From Actinomycetota bacterium (GTDB lineage Bacteria; Actinomycetota; Aquicultoria; UBA3085; Oleimmundimicrobiaceae), in assembly GCA_037441605.1 (NCBI GenBank), contig JBBIRY010000001.1, forward strand, positions 377 to 64,376: a stretch of DNA of 64,000 nucleotides, read 5' to 3'. The notes under the pieces were generated by a model, which was given only the letters and a program-made list of their open reading frames with translations, was not told the DNA's origin and did not search any database. A program made the translations under genes and the position numbers. Below are positions 62,456 to 64,000 of the stretch, piece by piece. Position 1 is the stretch's first letter, and each line of letters opens with the position of its first letter.

Positions 62456-62686
62456 ATGAGCTTGCCCATAGAGATTGATGCGAGAGGCCTCTCCTGTCCG
62501 CTGCCGGTGATGAAGGCCAAGGAAGCGATCGAGAAAGGTACAGATGACGAAATAATCGTTCTGGTCAATAGTCCGACCGCCAAAGAGAATGTGACGCGCT
62601 TTGCCGAGTGGAGCGGCCGCTTGGTCGAATCTTCGGCTGAAGGGGTCAATTTTCGTTTGAATCTTAAAAAAGGAGACACGAAGTGA
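62456..62686 (+). CDS. TusA-like sulfurtransferase (TsuB/YeeD-type)
   Basis: The CPxP motif lies within DARGLSCPLPVMKAKEAI. Length is 77 aa. Confidence 0.8.
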   Translation: MSLPIEIDARGLSCPLPVMKAKEAIEKGTDDEIIVLVNSPTAKENVTRFAEWSGRLVESSAEGVNFRLNLKKGDTK

Positions 62687-63783
62687 AAAAAGGTAATCTT
62701 ATGATCTGGCTTGCCGGGGTCGTTATCGGGTTGATTGCCGTCGGCTTGGTCCTCTTCGGCAACCCGGTCAACATGGGTTTTTGCACCGCCTGTTTTGAGC
62801 GGGATATTGCGGGCGCTCTGGGTTTTCATCGGGCGGCACCCGTTCAATATCTGCGTCCCGAGATAATCGGCATCCTTTTTGGGGCGCTCGCCGCAAGTCT
62901 TATTGCAAAGGAGTTCAAGGCCGAAGGTGGATCATCAGCTCTCACCCGATTCATTTTAGGCATCTTCGTCATGATCGGTGCCCTAGTCTTTCTGGGCTGC
63001 CCGCTTAGGATGATGATCCGCCTTGGAGGGGGCGACATGAATGCTCTGGTCGGCCTGCTCGGCTTCGTAGCCGGGGTTGTGGTTGGCGTCCAATTCTTGA
63101 AGAAGGGCTTTGATCTTGGCCAGACGCAGGCTCAGTCCAAAACTAACGGGCTTCTCCTTCCCGGCATAATGGCCGCTCTACTCTTGCTTCTCATCCTTCG
63201 CCCAGTCTTCAACGCGGAGGCCGGCGGCCCTCTCTTCTTCAGCAAGGAAGGCCCGGCCGCTCAGCACGCTTCGGTTCTACTCTCCCTTGGGGCGGGCCTT
63301 ATCGTCGGCTATCTCGCCCAAAAGAGCAGGCTCTGCATGGCCGGCGGAGTTAGGGATGTCGTCCTGATGAAAGATTGGCATTTGGCCAAGGGGTCGATCG
63401 CCATACTTTTGGCCGTCTTCCTCGGAAATCTCATTGTCGGTCTTTTAGGGATAAAAGGGGTAAATACTCCGGTCATCAATCTCGGTTTTGCCTCCCAACC
63501 AATCGCCCACAGCGAGTATCTCTGGAACTTTTTAGGATTGGGCTTGGTCGGTCTGGCCTCGGCGCTTCTTGGAGGCTGCCCGCTTCGTCAGCTCGTCCTC
63601 TCTGGAGCCGGCAATACCGATTCGGCCTTAACCGTCCTTGGCATGATCTTTGGCGCGGCCATCTCTCATAATTTCATGCTGGCCGCATCCCCGGCTGGGG
63701 TTCCCATCTTTGCAAAGTATGCCGTCGTCATTGCCATCATGCTCACCGCTCTTATCGGCTGGACGAATCTGGAGCGCTCTTAA
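62683..63783 (+). CDS. YeeE/YedE-family membrane protein (thiosulfate transporter TsuA-like)
   Basis: A 366-aa polytopic protein with conserved Cys in GFCTACF and in SRLCMAGG. The start overlaps the tusA stop. Confidence 0.7.
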   Translation: MKKGNLMIWLAGVVIGLIAVGLVLFGNPVNMGFCTACFERDIAGALGFHRAAPVQYLRPEIIGILFGALAASLIAKEFKAEGGSSALTRFILGIFVMIGALVFLGCPLRMMIRLGGGDMNALVGLLGFVAGVVVGVQFLKKGFDLGQTQAQSKTNGLLLPGIMAALLLLLILRPVFNAEAGGPLFFSKEGPAAQHASVLLSLGAGLIVGYLAQKSRLCMAGGVRDVVLMKDWHLAKGSIAILLAVFLGNLIVGLLGIKGVNTPVINLGFASQPIAHSEYLWNFLGLGLVGLASALLGGCPLRQLVLSGAGNTDSALTVLGMIFGAAISHNFMLAASPAGVPIFAKYAVVIAIMLTALIGWTNLERS

Positions 63784-63789
63784 AGTTGA

Positions 63790-63836
63790 ACCCATTAGTT
63801 GGCGGCCAAAGAAGAGTCCGCCAACTAATGGGTTAT
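63790..63836 (+). repeat. Perfect 17-bp stem hairpin (AACCCATTAGTTGGCGG-N12-CCGCCAACTAATGGGTT)
   Basis: Checked base by base. No U-tract follows. Confidence 0.85.
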
Positions 63837-63942
63837 CATGATTTAAAAGGCGGCCGCTCGTCTCGGCCAAGATCTTTTTACGCTTGATATGACCAAATCA
63901 ATTTAAGAGGCCGAGAAGTGATTTTTTAGTTAAGGGATCGAG

Positions 63943-64000
63943 ATGACCATATACTTCGATAATGCCGCAACCTCATATCCCAAGCCCCCGGCGGTGCTTG
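63943..64000 (+). CDS. Cysteine desulfurase (class V aminotransferase), N-terminal 19 aa only
   Basis: MTIYFDNAATSYPKPPAVL is the canonical NifS/IscS/SufS start. It runs off the window end. Confidence 0.6.
   Translation, partial: MTIYFDNAATSYPKPPAVL

Overview
This is a GC-rich (roughly 55-60%) bacterial chromosomal segment with densely packed, mostly intact genes. No clear mobile elements or CRISPR arrays were seen. The main landmarks are described below.

- **rRNA operon.** A complete 16S-23S-5S operon sits at about 14.3-19.2 kb. It has tandem consensus sigma70 promoters, processing stems flanking the 16S and 23S genes, no tRNA in the ITS, and an intrinsic terminator. Two lone tRNAs are present: Arg-CCT and Gly-CCC.
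- **Heat-shock operon.** dnaK-grpE-dnaJ-hspR-clpB run as one five-gene unit under a consensus promoter with an overlapping inverted repeat. This is the HspR type, not the HrcA/CIRCE type.
- **Long minus-strand cluster.** In transcription order it carries an FmdB-type zinc ribbon gene, trxB, trxA, a DUF3842 gene, a CooT-like gene, a small His-tailed protein gene, an ECF-type Co/Ni transporter (CbiM, a PDGLE/CbiN-like protein, CbiQ, CbiO) and a class II B12-dependent ribonucleotide reductase.
- **Trk cluster.** Two trkA genes and trkH sit with two small translationally coupled ORFs.
- **Central metabolism.** This group includes an archaeal-type FBP aldolase/phosphatase, AMP-forming acetyl-CoA synthetase, NfnAB, PdxST, Ddl, 5-formyl-THF cyclo-ligase and glycerate kinase.
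- **DNA repair.** MutM, Nth and a standalone LigD phosphoesterase domain are present.
- **Low-GC islet.** An AT-rich two-gene islet at about 23.6-24.9 kb encodes a secreted Tyr/Asn-rich protein and a membrane-anchored SurA-N-like protein.

The best candidates for novel or under-described biology are:

- the low-GC islet;
- an EF-G paralogue whose switch-II catalytic His is replaced by Tyr;
- the CooT-like / His-tailed small protein pair beside the ECF transporter with no CODH nearby;
- a translationally coupled three-gene DUF2229 / HgdB-like / BadF-ATPase cluster;
- a TusA-YeeE-cysteine-desulfurase sulfur-relay cluster with an operator-like palindrome;
- several unusually long perfect palindromes and hairpins.

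All calls come from reading the sequence and the ORF track and from recalled family signatures. No database searches were run.
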